Below are positions 13,738 to 27,296 of a stretch of 64,000 nt of DNA, piece by piece. Numbering within the stretch: the first letter of the stretch is position 1; every line of letters starts with the position of its first letter. The translations under genes were made by a program, and so were the position numbers. The DNA is from Calcarisporiella thermophila CBS 279.70 (lineage: Eukaryota; Fungi; Calcarisporiellomycota), in the NCBI RefSeq assembly GCF_041956535.1, contig NW_027192231.1:21488-85487 (forward strand), given 5' to 3'. The notes below the pieces were generated by a model. It was not told the origin of the DNA and ran no database searches. It saw nothing but the letters and a program-made list of their open reading frames with translations.

Positions 13738-14447
13738 TCACTCCTCTTTAAATCGAGCTACATCTACGTAATCACGATTGGTGTCGCGTATTTTATCAAG
13801 GCCAGCCGCTGTGACACCAGCAGCTGCTTGTGCCATTGAACCTGATGCAGGTGCAGAGGGGTGTGGACGAGTAGGAGCCGTACTCTTATACTTTTCAAAA
13901 TCTCCAGATGCATGGAACCATTCGTTTTCTTTCACTACGTTGCGTAATTTAGGCAACAGATCGGTCTCTTCCTCTTCGTTATGCTTCCTAAGTTCGCGCA
14001 TAACCTCCTCAAATTTACTAGCATATCCTGCATCAGTTACTCTCATTCCATCCAGCTCATATAACATTTTTTCTATCATTTTATGCTCGCGGCGTGATTC
14101 TTCGGCTACATGGGTTCCCTCTGAGCCAAGATGCTTTTCACAAAGGGGATAGAGCACCATCTCCTCTCCCACACTATGCTTTACGAGCTCACGAATAATT
14201 GTATTGGCCACTTTTTGGCGCTCAGTGTTATCTTTAGTGCTCAGAAAATGTTCATATAATCTACCGACCAACTGAAGTTGCAAAGGATATGAAATATAGG
14301 ATTTATATGATAAAGACCAGAAAATGAGAGAGTCACCTTGTGATCATCGATAATATTCTTGTCAAGGGCAGTATTGTTTGCCATTCTTAGAGATAGAGCG
14401 AATGATCTCGTTATATTGTATGGTTGCAGTATTTTAAAAGCCCTCAT
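13738..14447 (-). CDS. Hemerythrin HHE-domain protein (intron ~14274-14336; alternative ATG at 14384)
   Basis: DDH...HSVGEEMVLYP...EH...HNEEEE hemerythrin motifs and the APTRPHP motif of the actinobacterial/fungal HHE family. Confidence 0.88.
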
Positions 14448-14707
14448 GAATTTGGGGGAAAATTGATCACTTATATTTGATCAACGGCAGGACTAGGCTA
14501 TTTATTAATTAATGGAGAGGGCTACTTTTTTATACTTTACATGGGAGGAGAGAGGGCGTCTCGGACAAATTTGTAGACGCCTACCCTCGGCTAATTCCCC
14601 TTCGATTAAATCTAGTAATTGAATCCAAGGGCTAAATAGCTCATTCATAAACAAATATTTCATGTGAAACTAAAAGACTTTATCAAATTTGGGATTGAAA
14701 TTAATAA

Positions 14708-14769
14708 GGGTAATTCTATTTGTACCCGGGTATAACTATTAATTACTGTTAAGTTGGTTAATTAATTTT
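14708..14769 (+). repeat. Left terminal inverted repeat of MULE
   Basis: GGGTAATTCTATTTGTACCCGGGTATAACTATTAATTAC... matches the reverse complement of 17151-17212 at 60/62 nt (first 39 perfect). Confidence 0.95.
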
Positions 14770-14927
14770 GAATAATTAATCGTCAAATTCAAAGTCACAT
14801 ACTACATGTTATTAACTCTAAGTAAATCAACCAAAAATTGACTTAGTAGTAAATGATGCTATCAATATCATCTGCCACATTTCTTACTTTTATTCATTTA
14901 TTATCAATAATATTATATTTACATACA

Positions 14928-17031
14928 TTAATTCCGACTAGGACAATTACGTAAGTCATGGCCAGTCTGCTTGCATCCACGACAAAGACGCATCTTTACC
15001 TCATGCTAAGACTTCATGCGTTTATTGGATTTAGGTCTACCTTTTGTCACGACTTCTTGTGGGTCGGCTATGCTAGCAATCGGCCCCGGAGAACCATATA
15101 GCCCAGCCGTATTAATTACCGGTTCCGAACGAGCAATTAATGAATTAAGTTCTTGTTTAACCCTTTCAACAGGAAGATGTTGAACAAGCTGTTGAGCAGT
15201 TGATATAGCACGGGTAACCAAGGTGAACAACACATCGTCGTCCACACATTTTGGAAATCCCATTTTAGCAATTTCCCAAGGCTCCAGAGATTTAGAGGAT
15301 TGCTGCTCAAAATTTGACGGTTCAGTGCTTTCCAATATGGTGGATATGTGCGGAGTTATGAACCAGCGCTGTGCTATCTCCGATTCATAGATCATATCCT
15401 TGCCTTGCTTTTTACGAAAAGAGAAGAGATGGGCACACGGGAGAAGATATTGCTTTACCGAGCTGCAGCCGCAGACTGATATATGACTGCTGTGCGATAT
15501 TGAATAGTATTTTTCTATATTAAAATAAGTTAATTACTATCTTCTCCTGCCTGCTATAATGATATAATAACTATCTTTGCCGCTGATCAAATATAACCCA
15601 TCTTTTTCGACAAGATCGAAATCCTCTATACGGTGACATTGTTCAATAAGTTTTTCCATCGCGAATTCAGATTTTATCTTCCAAGTTGCCGAATGGATGT
15701 GAGGGATAAAGCTTGCGTCGATTTTTAGCTTGATAAAAACAAAAAGATCGATGCTTTTTCCTGCTCTTTAAAAAGTATATCGAAAGAGTCGAAGAGTTTG
15801 CTAAGACTGGCCTGAGTGGTGGTGAAACGCTTGAGAACTGCATGTTGCCCTTCTACACGCTGAGTCGAACGCACGCCAAGATTAGTGTAATCCAAGACAA
15901 ATGTCTCTGCCCACATTCCACGATGATTATACCAACGTTGAAGATCATCTGATGTATTGGGGTATGCTATAATTATCTCATTGTAATGCTTGTCGAATTC
16001 GTCTGGTGTCTGTGAGCAAAACAGCATAGTAAGCTCTTTTGCAAAGTCTTTGTAGTTCTCAACCTTCCGGTTCAAATGCACTTGTATCCTTTGTTATATG
16101 TCATGAACAAAACTGGTGCTGAGCATGTGAGATAACATTACGGACAGCACTTATGAACGCTGGGTCGGAATCGCTAATCACTGTTCGTATACTCTCAGTT
16201 GATTCCCTTTTCAAACAAGATATAAGTTACTAGAGCGCCCACGTAAATGCATGGGAAGATTCGCGTTTTAGTAGCGCAATTCCCATCAAAAACGTTGAGA
16301 TTTTCATCCACACCGACTAAAACCAAGCAAGAAAGGTTGAAGTGGTTGGTGCGATAGGTGCTATCAGCAATCACGACCTCAGTGCACTTGTCTACAAGTG
16401 AAATATGCGAGTTACTCACCCAAAATATGTTTTGCAGCTTGCCATTTTCCAATACGTATTTGACAGTATATTTGGTTGTATTCACGATCTTGGTCAACAA
16501 GGTAGCAATTTCGGACAGCCCACCCTCTTCTCTTCTAGCAATTGTCGCTAAAGCATTATGGATATCCTTAGCTTGAATGGATTCAATCTGGCTACGAACA
16601 ATACGAGTTGCGAGAGAAACACTGCCTCCAAATTGAACAACGTTCTGAGCAAACTGAACTGTTTCAGGGTCGTGTCTACGAAATCTTCGAGCAAAACGAA
16701 TATCCTCGGGCTCCAAAGGATGATTATGATCGATATTACCAGAGGTAACGAGATAAGCATTTACAGCTTTTGAAAATCGAAATCGCAATATGAAAGGACA
16801 ATCGTACTTCATTGTTGATACATTTCTCATAGGTATTTCGTTATTCGAGCTGTGTTGGCCTGATCGTGAACATGAAATAGTTAGAGCAGGGAGGAATCCA
16901 GTAGTAAGATCTGAGCGTTCTACCCTTCATTCAAACCCAATGCTAACTGCACAATCGTTCATCCATTCAGTTATTTCGTCTCGATCTTTGAACATACGGG
17001 ATTTGAGATCAGAAATTGAGATGATGGTCAT
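14928..17031 (-). pseudogene. MULE transposase pseudogene
   Basis: MTIISISDLKSRMFKDRDE...KYDCPF...HNHPL...DSTYRTN...STQRVEGQHAVLK...CGC-x-LLPCAH (SWIM)...CRGCKQTGHDLRNC; in-frame stops (GFE*RV, FCS*HI, MKS*HE) and frameshifts. Confidence 0.9.
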
Positions 17032-17150
17032 TTTTACAAAGTAGAATGAAAAGATTTAAATTACAAAGGTTACACTCAACTTGAAAATAATAAAATTATA
17101 ATTTGACGAGTGAGTAATAAAAGTAAAAGTGTGCCTTGCTGTTAAATAAA

Positions 17151-17212
17151 AAAATTAATTAACCAACTTAGCTGTAATTAATAGTTATACCCGGGTACAA
17201 ATAGAATTACCC
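17151..17212 (-). repeat. Right terminal inverted repeat of MULE
   Basis: Reverse complement of 14708-14769. Confidence 0.95.
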
Positions 17213-17563
17213 AAAATTAAATCCAAAAGAATCATGGATTAATTATTTGATGCGATGATTTACTCATATGTCATATTCAATAAAGCAGCATATATCATGG
17301 CTCTTCATTGATGGCAATAAAGGAGTTGTTTCAATTATAAAAATTGAAATAATCTCTAGATCAAATAAGTCTCTACATTTAAACTTGATATTGTTATCGA
17401 TTGCATGGCCAATTATCCTATTATCGTATTATCTCATTCTCATTTTCACGTTTATTCTCTATATCATACTGAATTCCAGTGGAAAAATATATATTCATTA
17501 CATTTATTTTCCCATAGACATAAGGGTTTTCGTCTAATAAATATAAAAGAATTTTCATTATAA

Positions 17564-18244
17564 TTATTTTTCACAGAACTGACGATATGCCGATTCATCA
17601 AGAAGTTCATCCAGTTCCTCCGGTTTGGTGATCTTCACTTTCGCGAGCCATCCTATAATCATTGAGTTTTGTTAAGAATGCCAGTATAAAAAACGAGTAA
17701 AATAATAAATATTCTAGATGAATTTACCATCTTTCTCAGGGCTCTTATTCACTAAGCTAGGCTCGCTCTCTAAAACCGTATTGACCTCGAGCACTTCTCC
17801 GCTTACAGGTGCATAGATATCACTTGCTGCTTTGACAGATTCAATCGCACCGATTTGCTCTATACCCGCGCTTAAGTTAACATAGATACAATATCTTGCT
17901 TGATTTTATTCCTCACCCTCGCGGTCGAATTCTTTTCCTACTTCTGGCACTTCTACAAATACGACATCTCCGAGAGCATTCTGAGCATATTCTGTGATAC
18001 CAATGGTTCCGACTTCATTCTCAATAGAGATCCATTCATGGTCCTTAGTGTACTTCTTGGCTAATAATCAAAATAAAAAAATTGAAAAAAATTAAATTAA
18101 AAGTAATCTAAATGAAAAATCGGCAGAAAGAATATACATACTAGCATAACCCCGAAGAAGACCCAAAGCAGGTGCAGTACGAAGAGAGGTCGAGTATTGG
18201 GGAGCCCACGAGGTGATAACACGCGTAGAGAAAGAGCGAAGCAT
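17564..18244 (-). CDS. GCV3: Glycine cleavage system H protein, mitochondrial (3 introns; not in the ORF track)
   Basis: Manual translation: presequence MLRSFSTRV..., [26 protein letters not shown], lipoyl motif [23 protein letters not shown]. Confidence 0.95.
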
Positions 18245-18665
18245 CGTTTTTGAGAGCTAGATGTTGTTTAACAGGGGAAATTTCGAAATGGGAAATTTAT
18301 TGTTTTTTACCATGACATTTCTAGAAACCTAACCTAGCACACAGGGAACATATTTCAAGCGATACCGTTAGAATTAAAGATGAAAAGGTGAAGAGAGTTA
18401 ATCAAAAGAACACGGAGAAAATACTTGAAAATAAAATAAGAATAAAGTAAATCGGAAATATAGAATCAGTATTAATAATAACGTGACCATATATGATCCC
18501 TAACTTGTATAGATGTGGGCAAAATACTAAACAATAAACAGGTTATACACATTGGAAACAGATGTGGGATTAATGCGAATAGTTACAACACCCATAGTGA
18601 CTCTTTTCATCTATTATTTTCAAAGAGTCAATACAGCAATTGCCATATTGCTATTTTTTGCTTAC

Positions 18666-18890
18666 TTACTCTATTCCTTGATTATACATCTCACTGCACC
18701 TTATGACCTTTGAACTATTATATTTGGCCGAGGGTAAGCCTGACACACTATAAACTCCATTTGAATAATGCTGTTTGTAAAAATCTGATTCGCGTTGAGC
18801 AAATTGTGGTATGAGGGCAGAACGTCGTTTAGTATACTTTTCAATTTTTAAAAATTCGTAGGTTGCTCGGATTTTATCTTTAAATCCCAT
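18666..18890 (-). CDS. Small basic hypothetical protein (74 aa)
   Basis: ATG ORF between GCV3 and cystinosin in the same orientation, with protein-like composition (KYTKRR, FYKQHYSNGVY); no family recognised with confidence. Confidence 0.5.
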   Translation of the reverse strand: MGFKDKIRATYEFLKIEKYTKRRSALIPQFAQRESDFYKQHYSNGVYSVSGLPSAKYNSSKVIRCSEMYNQGIE

Positions 18891-19297
18891 TTACTCTACG
18901 TGATGTAAAGAAAAAAGAAGAGAAAATTAACTTGTTTTTTGGATCAGAAGTTGCCACAGTGATGTATTGATGTCTAAAATTGTTTAGTGACAAAAGATAC
19001 GAGAAAATAATTCAGTTTCATTTCAAATGGAAAATAAATATTGCGCAAAGCATATTAAAAATTGCCCTCAACAACCGATTGTTTGAGATTAAGCTCCGTT
19101 TAAATATTCAATTTAGCGTGTATTGCTTTTAATCAGTTATCATTAATAAACAAAAAAAAATGCAAAACAAGATATATTTTACAAGAGCTGCTATAAGATA
19201 TATAAAATGTACAGGTATGAATATATTGCATAGTAATATGTATAGATATATAAAATAAGTTTGCAAATGAAAATATTGTCACAACAAAATAGCGGAT

Positions 19298-20302
19298 TTA
19301 AGAAAGAAGAGGTTTTCGTTCTTCCGCCCTCTTTAAATATAACGGTAGCCAATCCTTCTCTGGATAGAGAACATAATGCTGCACAATGAACACAACATCC
19401 ATAGACATAGATAAAATACCTAACCCTAGTTTGACTGGGTCTCCAGCCACCCCAGCCCACCATCTTCCTCCCCCCGATCCGGAATCAAGCCATGAATCAA
19501 GTAGTAATTGGGCATTCGACAAAAATCCACCAATAAAGTCAAGTAAAATGGTGTAAATGCTCCACCCTCTCGTACTTTTTCTCTGGAAGTTATGAATAGC
19601 TTGTGGGATATACTTGATAGAGCTGACAGCGAGTTTGACGAAGGAGAGATAATACATGAGATAGATCCAAGCTAATAAGTCAAGGAGGCAAGCACAAGCA
19701 AGTAACACAGAGACAAGTGCAGTCCACCAAATAAACCAATACGAATGAGCGGATACTATTTGGCCTGCATCTCTCTATGTAAATAGCACCTATGAGAATT
19801 ATGAGATGTTTACTGATCCTAAATTAATTCACTAACCTTATACAATAGAGTTTGCATATATGTTATGGTGGCAAGAATAAAAGCATGTAATGAGAAAAAC
19901 ACGTCATTAAGTTGTACTAGATTGTTTTGACCGCCATGATGTTCGCGATATTCTCGCTGAATTTCATCACTAGTGTAGAAGGCGAGATTGAAAACCTAGA
20001 GGTTTGGGAAATGGATAAGCTATCAGGTAAGCTATAAACACCTTGCTTCACATTCACTTACAGTATAACAAAGGAATCCCCAGACATTTAATGCTACAAA
20101 ATCAAGAGATAATCCCTGAACACTATATTCAAATAGATCCAAAAAATTGTTGAGACGAATATAACACTAGAACAATAAACCTTAACTACACGTACCTTTT
20201 TCTTTTCCAATTGAGAAGGACTTGAGGCCAAAAACTCAGGCTCCAAGCAAATGTGTAGCTCCATCCAAAAAATAAGGATATCTGGTGGCCAACAGACGAC
20301 AT
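19298..20302 (-). CDS. Cystinosin/ERS1-like PQ-loop lysosomal transporter, multi-exon
   Basis: GWSYTFAWSLSFWPQV (PQ-loop 1), KYIPQAIHNFQRKSTRGWSI (PQ-loop 2), DPVKLGLG, QHYVLYP; upstream in-frame ATGs make the start uncertain. Confidence 0.92.
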
Positions 20303-21586
20303 TACAACTCTAGTTCCAGACAATACTCTATTGGGAAACCCGTACCTTATATTCTCCAATTTTCTCGTAATGACTGTCATGTGACTGCTCATGGCGTGCT
20401 TCTGTACAAATGAAATGCTCGCTGTTTGACAGCCCAATTTCGCAATTCCTAAGCAAATGGGATTATTTGTAAGATTCTTTTTGCCTTGGATTTCTAATGT
20501 CAAACAAATGTTCCAAGCTTGATTCTAAATTCTATTTTAGCTGATCAAATTACCTATTTATGGCTCGACTCTATCAGAATCAACTATCACACGACTAATG
20601 AATCTAAAAGAATCTTAAAGAAACCAATCTAATCATAAAACTATGACTCGATACTACGCCAAGATTTTTATTTTTAGCAGGTTCTTAGAGCACCTTGAAA
20701 TCTGTAGAAGATTTCCGAAAAAACTATCAATGCGACTCCCATACTATCCCTTAAGGATTTCGAAGTTTGTACTAGTGTATGTTCAAACCATTGCAATTTT
20801 GATACTGAATAAATAGAAAGAAAGTTTGAAGTATGAAATATTAGATGATTGAACATAATAACGAGCATTACATTTTATTGAATAATAATCTCTTTCGGGA
20901 CCATTTGTTTAGTTTAATATGCCCCTAGAATTTCGTCGACGGTGACATCCAAAGTTCCTTTAAATGACGTGAATTTATTTGGGATCTAATGTGTCCAAGC
21001 ATTTAGTTACATAATGGCAGTCTTGATAGAATTGATAAGAAAAGTAATACCAAAATTTGAAGGTTTTTAAGAATCACTTTATTAGTTTAAATGTTTCTAT
21101 TTATAGAATTATTTTAATTCATTGCAACAGAGAAAAATCATTTGTATTGATATATATTCATCCTGCCTTCTTCGCAAATGATATATCTTGCATGAAGACA
21201 GAATTAATAAACTGAGAAAGTGTAACAGAAACAAAAGAAGAATTCAATACTCACTAAAAAATTTAGACCAAAACGAGTATAAGTCATGATTTTGGATGAT
21301 TGTATTCATTGTTTTATGCAAGTTCAGGTTATAGAAGTGTTCTTTATATGACTAGATCTGATTGTATTATCAGTGGCTATTAAAAATAGCTACGCCAGTT
21401 GAGCAAGGAAACTCTAAAGAAAAAATAGATAATGTTGCTTGATGAACGAGTAAGAGATAATTTAGTAAGAAAGCGGTCGTCATTGACAAATTGCAAGTGA
21501 ATATAAATGTAACATTTTCCTCAAGCTTTCTCCCATTATTCTTTCTCAAGGTAAAGTTAAGGTCTTAAGAAATTAATTCCAAAGCA

Positions 21587-22096
21587 ATGAGGCTTCTAAC
21601 TGTTTTCACCACCATCGCTATCGTTTCGACCGCCATTGCGACACCGCTTGAACGCCGACAAGTGGAAAGCTCCCAAGCAGTAAGTGCTGATGGAAAGCAG
21701 AGTCAGACTTCAATTAACTCATCATCCTCGACCAAGTCAATATCAACTAAGTCCTCAGTAGCGTCTAAGACGATTTCAACTAAATCTTCAGCGACGCCAA
21801 AGCCAACGCACTGTATGAGTTTTGCAGAAATCAGTGATCAATGGTTGACGACTTTTGCAAAGAAGGATTTCAGTATCGAGATCGAGTCTCACAAGAATGT
21901 CGTTAACCTAGCATGCATTGATCTGAAGAATCCCGATAAACCTATTAATTCTTACAAAACCGCAAAATATACTCATGTAGTTTTCTATGAGGGCAAAAAA
22001 TGCTCGGGTAAAACTGTTCACAATGGACTCGGTCCCGACAATGACTCCAACATCGTTGCTAAATCCTTCAAACTGTATTGTGGCGAAAATCCGTAA
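21587..22096 (+). CDS. Secreted protein with Ser/Thr-rich linker and 4-Cys C-terminal domain (paralog of 30978-31364)
   Basis: Signal peptide, ERR processing site, S/T/K linker; C-terminal ~95 aa strongly similar to the 30978 protein. Confidence 0.85.
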   Translation: MRLLTVFTTIAIVSTAIATPLERRQVESSQAVSADGKQSQTSINSSSSTKSISTKSSVASKTISTKSSATPKPTHCMSFAEISDQWLTTFAKKDFSIEIESHKNVVNLACIDLKNPDKPINSYKTAKYTHVVFYEGKKCSGKTVHNGLGPDNDSNIVAKSFKLYCGENP

Positions 22097-23187
22097 TGTT
22101 ATCCACACAAGCTACAAGGCCAAAAATTCCCATTTTCTTATTTTTTTATTCATCTACTAAATATGTATTTAGAATATAATACTAAGTCATAGTATTTGAC
22201 AATATATAGGTCAAGTTACTCACTTTTTTCTTGGGTATTTGTTTGTAGCTGAGCTCAACATGATCTAACCTAAGGTTTTAGCTAGAGTAAGATCCTCATA
22301 ATATATGATAAGCATAACTACGACTGGAAGTTTGCCTAACAAGATGAAATACACTTTAACTCATAACTTGGAAAAAACCAATTCCCTAGTATTAATAATA
22401 TTCAAAAAATATGCATGTGTTTGTATCGAATTATATTTATAAGGCATTAATAATTATTTCAACGGTAGGATTAAACTATGAGAAGAACACCAGGTTTAGT
22501 AACCATGATGGTTGACGATAAAAGTAGAGTTAAAATTATATACACTTTTATTCATGTTGCCATAGGTAAAAAGAGCCATGGCGAATGCGATTTTTGTTAA
22601 AAATGCCACTGAATATGTGTTACTCTTGAAAATTGCGACAAATGTTGCACAATGGAGATGCTTAGTATAGTTATCATCTGCTAATATTCACTGGCAAGTG
22701 TGCATTGTGTAATTGAACAAAAATGCCCCACCATTATCACAATACCTGATTTCATCATTTAATACATATGTATAGTTGTATCAGTATGTCTTCAAATGTT
22801 TATGAAAGCAAAGGGGATCAGATTGGTATTCATTCGTTGCCATATGCATAAAATGGTATAATGGCCATATGATGATGTATTACGATATCATTTGCCTAAA
22901 GTAATGCGAAATATTTTATTCGACCTAGTTACTCGTTAGCTTACATAACTGTGTAATCGAACATTTGTTTGCCCTACGCAATCAAAAATCATCCGCAGAT
23001 CAAATTTGACACATATTTAAATAAACTATTTAATTTCTTTTCTTTCATAATCTTATGTAATTTTATACAATCACATTATTGAGATATAAAATGAACAGTA
23101 GTTCTCGCATACAGTTGAACTACCGTTTAATTATACAATCCTTTCATTGATTTCTTTAAATATATCGTATTTTTTTTTCTTGCCATC

Positions 23188-24937
23188 ATGCTAATTCCAT
23201 CTATCTATGGAATCACCTATTCTTTCCTTCTTACTACTCTCCTCCTGACTACATTTACAAATACTCAGCCTATTTCGATTAGGGATGATGCGCCAAATCC
23301 AGACATAAAGGCGCCGGATACGCAAGTAGCTGTTGCTCCAGAGGGAATTCGACTCTCCCATAATGGACTGATCGTCAACGATCCGATTGAAAATCTCTAT
23401 GTTTACTATGACGATACTCGTTACGATCCCACAACCATTCAGGTATCCATCAGTGAACAAAACACCAAAGTGAATTGTCAAATTGCAGGCACAAACCGCA
23501 TAGATCATGTGGTATTAACTAAGCAAAGTTGCCAAAGCAATATTTTCACTCTGCCCGCAGAAGGCAAGCGAGTGGCATATACCGTTAAAGTTACAGTAAA
23601 GACGAAGAGTGCTACTACAGAAACAAAAGATATTCCAGTTGAGCTTTTAAACTTCCCCCGAGTACCATGGCCTATTGCCGATCCTAACGGTCAGTGGCCG
23701 CCACGTAATACAGATATGATCGGGAATCTGATGGAAAACTACCAAGAGTTTGGTGGCCCAGGTAATTTTGAGTTTAATCCACAGTGTTATATTTGGAAGT
23801 TAAAGCGAAAATGTTTGGGCTTCGCAATATAGGATATTGGCATAACGGACTTGATATTCGAAACGATGTGACTCGCCTTGACCCCAATCATGCTGGAGAG
23901 GTGCGCTCGCCTGTAGATGGAAAAGTTGTGAAAATTGTAAACTATAATCAAGGAAATCTCTACTGGAGTTTCATGATTCAAGATACATATGGTTTTGTTT
24001 GGCAATTCCATCACGTTGACTCTAGTACCTACAGATTCAGGGTTGGAGATAACGTAAGGAAGGGTGACATCATCGGATCTGTTGTAAGTGTTGCTCTGAG
24101 AATTTAAGCAAAATCAATTGTATATTAATATATATATCTAACAATCTAGATTTTGTGGCCTGAAAGATGGAATGGCGCCAACTACCACCATATTCACTTG
24201 AATGTTGCCATCCCCCATCCTCAATGGACCTCAATTCCCAAGCCTTATGTCGACGGCTGGCGGTATATCAACCCAATTCTTTTATTTAATAATGGAAATT
24301 ATGTCGACCAAAACAAGCCGAAATCTGAAGGTTTGCTCTATATCCTACCCAACGGGGGAAGCTCGACCATCGGTGTCAGTGATGGGAGAAATGCACCTAC
24401 CGTTAGTGGAAAAATCGATGTGGCAATCGAATTAAGTGACATATTCTCTTCTCCAAACAGGTATGATTCCCATTCTATATTAACCCCACATTTCATAATT
24501 AATCGTTTCTTTGTGGATAATATAGTGTGAGTGGCACACCCTATCCACAAAGCTTATTTGAGCTCGCTTACCGTATTGAACCTTCATCTGGTACTGGCAA
24601 TGCAACATACGTCCCATTCGTTCGCTTCGCACAAAATCCTCCTGCACAGTCTACGCGATGCTCACCTAATCTAACTGTCTCATGTCAAGAGCAGAGTCTC
24701 AGGACAATATATAAAGAGCGCTTCTCCAGTAATGGTAATCAGAAAACAACAAGATTCAATTACAGTTCCCGGCGATTCTATTTTACTGTGACCAATGTAT
24801 TACGTGGTGAGTTCAGTGAAGATGGTGCGCTTGATACAACCAAATTCCCTAATGGAAAATACCGAATCACTGTTATTGCTAAAAATGAATGGAAGCAGTC
24901 GCTTGAAGTCAGTGGTGACATTGTGATTAAGAATTAG
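23188..24937 (+). CDS. Secreted M23-family (LytM/lysostaphin-type) metallopeptidase; introns 23762-23832, 24084-24149, 24461-24525
   Basis: Spliced product has a signal peptide, HNGLD (HxxxD), SPVDGKV, VRKGDIIG, HIH (HxH) and a C-terminal DTTKFPNGKYRITVIAKN strand; all three GT-AG introns keep frame. Confidence 0.85.
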
Positions 24938-26994
24938 TTGAGATTTCGGGTCGAAATTTAAACTACGGATTCGTAGGTAATTTAATTTTGTACTTCGAGT
25001 TTGTAATTTAAGTATTAATAAAACTGATTGGAAAGCAAGATGGTATAGTAGTCATTCTATTCCATTAATGATCAATATATTAAATATGCCGATATTATTA
25101 AAATATTTCGTCGGTCGGCATGAAGCAATATGTAAGAGAGATATTGAAAGAAAACTTTACAACAAGCTAGCTTGTTCAATGTCGTATTCAGTTGGAAAAT
25201 TACCAAGAACTGTAGTGATCATAAGTCATCAGAAAAAAGCACTTGTTATGGTCTTTAGATATTCATATAGTTTAGATAGTGTCCGTTACCTAAGATGACA
25301 AAACTCTACCTAGGCATTGTAAGAAAATATAGAATATCATAAATCGGCCTCACATCGATAATACTCAGTCATTTGGCTCCAGCACTTTTCAATTCTAGAA
25401 AATGAAATTTGAACATTAAATATACTCTATTCCATCCATTTTCTGACGTTCCTAGTACTTCGTTGCTTCGAGCTATTGCATCTCAATATAATCAAGGAAT
25501 TCACTTGGGTACGCGAACTCCATGGATGCTATCTCTTTGACTCGTAAAAAATCATTATTTTAAGTTAATAATTAATACAGTTAACGATCCAAGAAATAAA
25601 AAACAGATAATTAATCAACTTTTAAGGTCATCATGAAGAGTAGCGTAATTTTGAGGATAAACTTATGATCTAGAAATGGTCGAATTTGGATGGGCAAAGT
25701 GGCCTTGATGTGCTAGGTTTTTGTGTAAAACTGAGGATATTGAGGAGAATTTCGACGGATAAATTGGCGTGCGGTATCTTTAAACAATATTTTTACCGAA
25801 TGAATACTTTTAGCTTTCCTGTTTTTATGGAACTTTGATTCAATGTGAATGGAAAACGATCCGTTTAGTCCAAGTTAGCTGTTCTTGGGCTGAAATATTC
25901 AAACGTCAAGGGTTACTTGAATAATAACCACAATCGAAGCAAAAAAGAGAAATTAGAAAACAAACAAGACCTTGTCTGAACACATTTGTGATTGCCGCGT
26001 GGGAATCTGCGGTAAATTTAACCTGGGTTTGATTCGATATCCCCTCTTGACTAAATTAAAATAAAATTGTTGTTTAGATGGTCGGCGTTTCCAGGCTTGA
26101 CTCACCTAAAATATATATTACTCTTCTTCATTCGGCTAGAAATCAATTTACACAATGCACAAAACAAATTTGCCGCTAGAAAGACATTTTAAAATTCTCT
26201 TTCTATCTTTGGAATATCCTGGGTACTTAACTTCGAGGTATGATGTAGTAATCATTCCTACCTCTGCAAGATGTCAACTGATTGCATCACGTTGAAACAA
26301 GAAATACTAAGCCACCGATAGAGAATTTTTCAAAATTACAAGGAAAATAAAAAACAACACCTTCACCATTTAACCGCACTATAGGATTATTAAAGAGGAA
26401 AAGAGGAAAAAGAGGAAGAAACAGCTTTTTTTTCTTTTTTTTTTCTTTCCCTTTTTTTCAATCAAAAAGGAATTTGATCCCCTCTTTAACCGGAAGGGAT
26501 CAAATAGGAAGTCGATTGGGGGACCATCGTCTTTTTATTTTCCGTGTGTGTGTGTGAGATCGGGAAACGAAGATTGGACGAATCATAGATTCGGCAACCT
26601 TTTTCTTTCACCTATTCTACTCGATCTATCCTTCTCCTTCTCTTTCCCTCCTGCCTGCTCTTTTTCTACGCTACGCCTCCCCATCATCGTTAACTTTACC
26701 GTTACCTGGGCGTTATTTTTGTGATCCAACCCTACTCGACCTTGAGCAAAATCACAAGAAAAGAGGAAAGCAAGCAAGCACTACTGAAGGAAAGAATTCC
26801 CATTTAATTCCACTTTCATTTTTCATATTTTTTATCCTTGATTTTTTTTTTTTGTATCTGCTTCTCTTAGAAATCCTCTTCTCATTATAACGAGATCAGG
26901 ATATATATATTTTTTTTTTCCAATTATTTGTGTTTCAGGGATTATTTTTATCACCCCTTCTAACACCAAAAGTATTGCTATTATTTTGCTTCCA

Positions 26995-27026
<32 letters not shown>

Positions 27027-27296
27027 AATTTTTTCTTGTTCTTTTTTTTCCCTCGGTTTGTCTTCCATGATTTTTGCCGGCTCCTATCTCTCGTGCTAGA
27101 TAATTCGCATTTTTCATACGACAGCGAGGAATAGTTCTCTCACCCGTTTCCCCTCATCTCTCCGACAAAACCCGTCAGGATAGTCGCCAAACTCTACCCT
27201 CAGCCCTCGGTGCTGGCCTCAACTGGCTACGGCTCTGCAGCGTCCCCGGGCGCTAAATTTGGATTTCGCTCCACTGTCCTCGAGTCGTCAGCCAAT

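Larger units (their letters stand above)
14708..17212 (-). mobile_element. Mutator-like (MULE) DNA transposon, full length, inactivated
   Basis: 62-bp TIRs at both ends; internal decayed transposase with FAR1/WRKY-like, MULE DDE, SWIM and CCHC motifs; no clean TSD. Confidence 0.93.

Noticed and set aside
26472-26505. 10-bp perfect inverted repeat ATTTGATCCC/GGGATCAAAT upstream of the cyclin
   Set aside because: Single short hairpin with no second copy or TSD; could be chance.
27210-27296. Non-AUG (GTG) start for the cyclin
   Set aside because: An in-frame ATG at 27297 lies well upstream of the cyclin box; no evidence for the extension without ortholog data.
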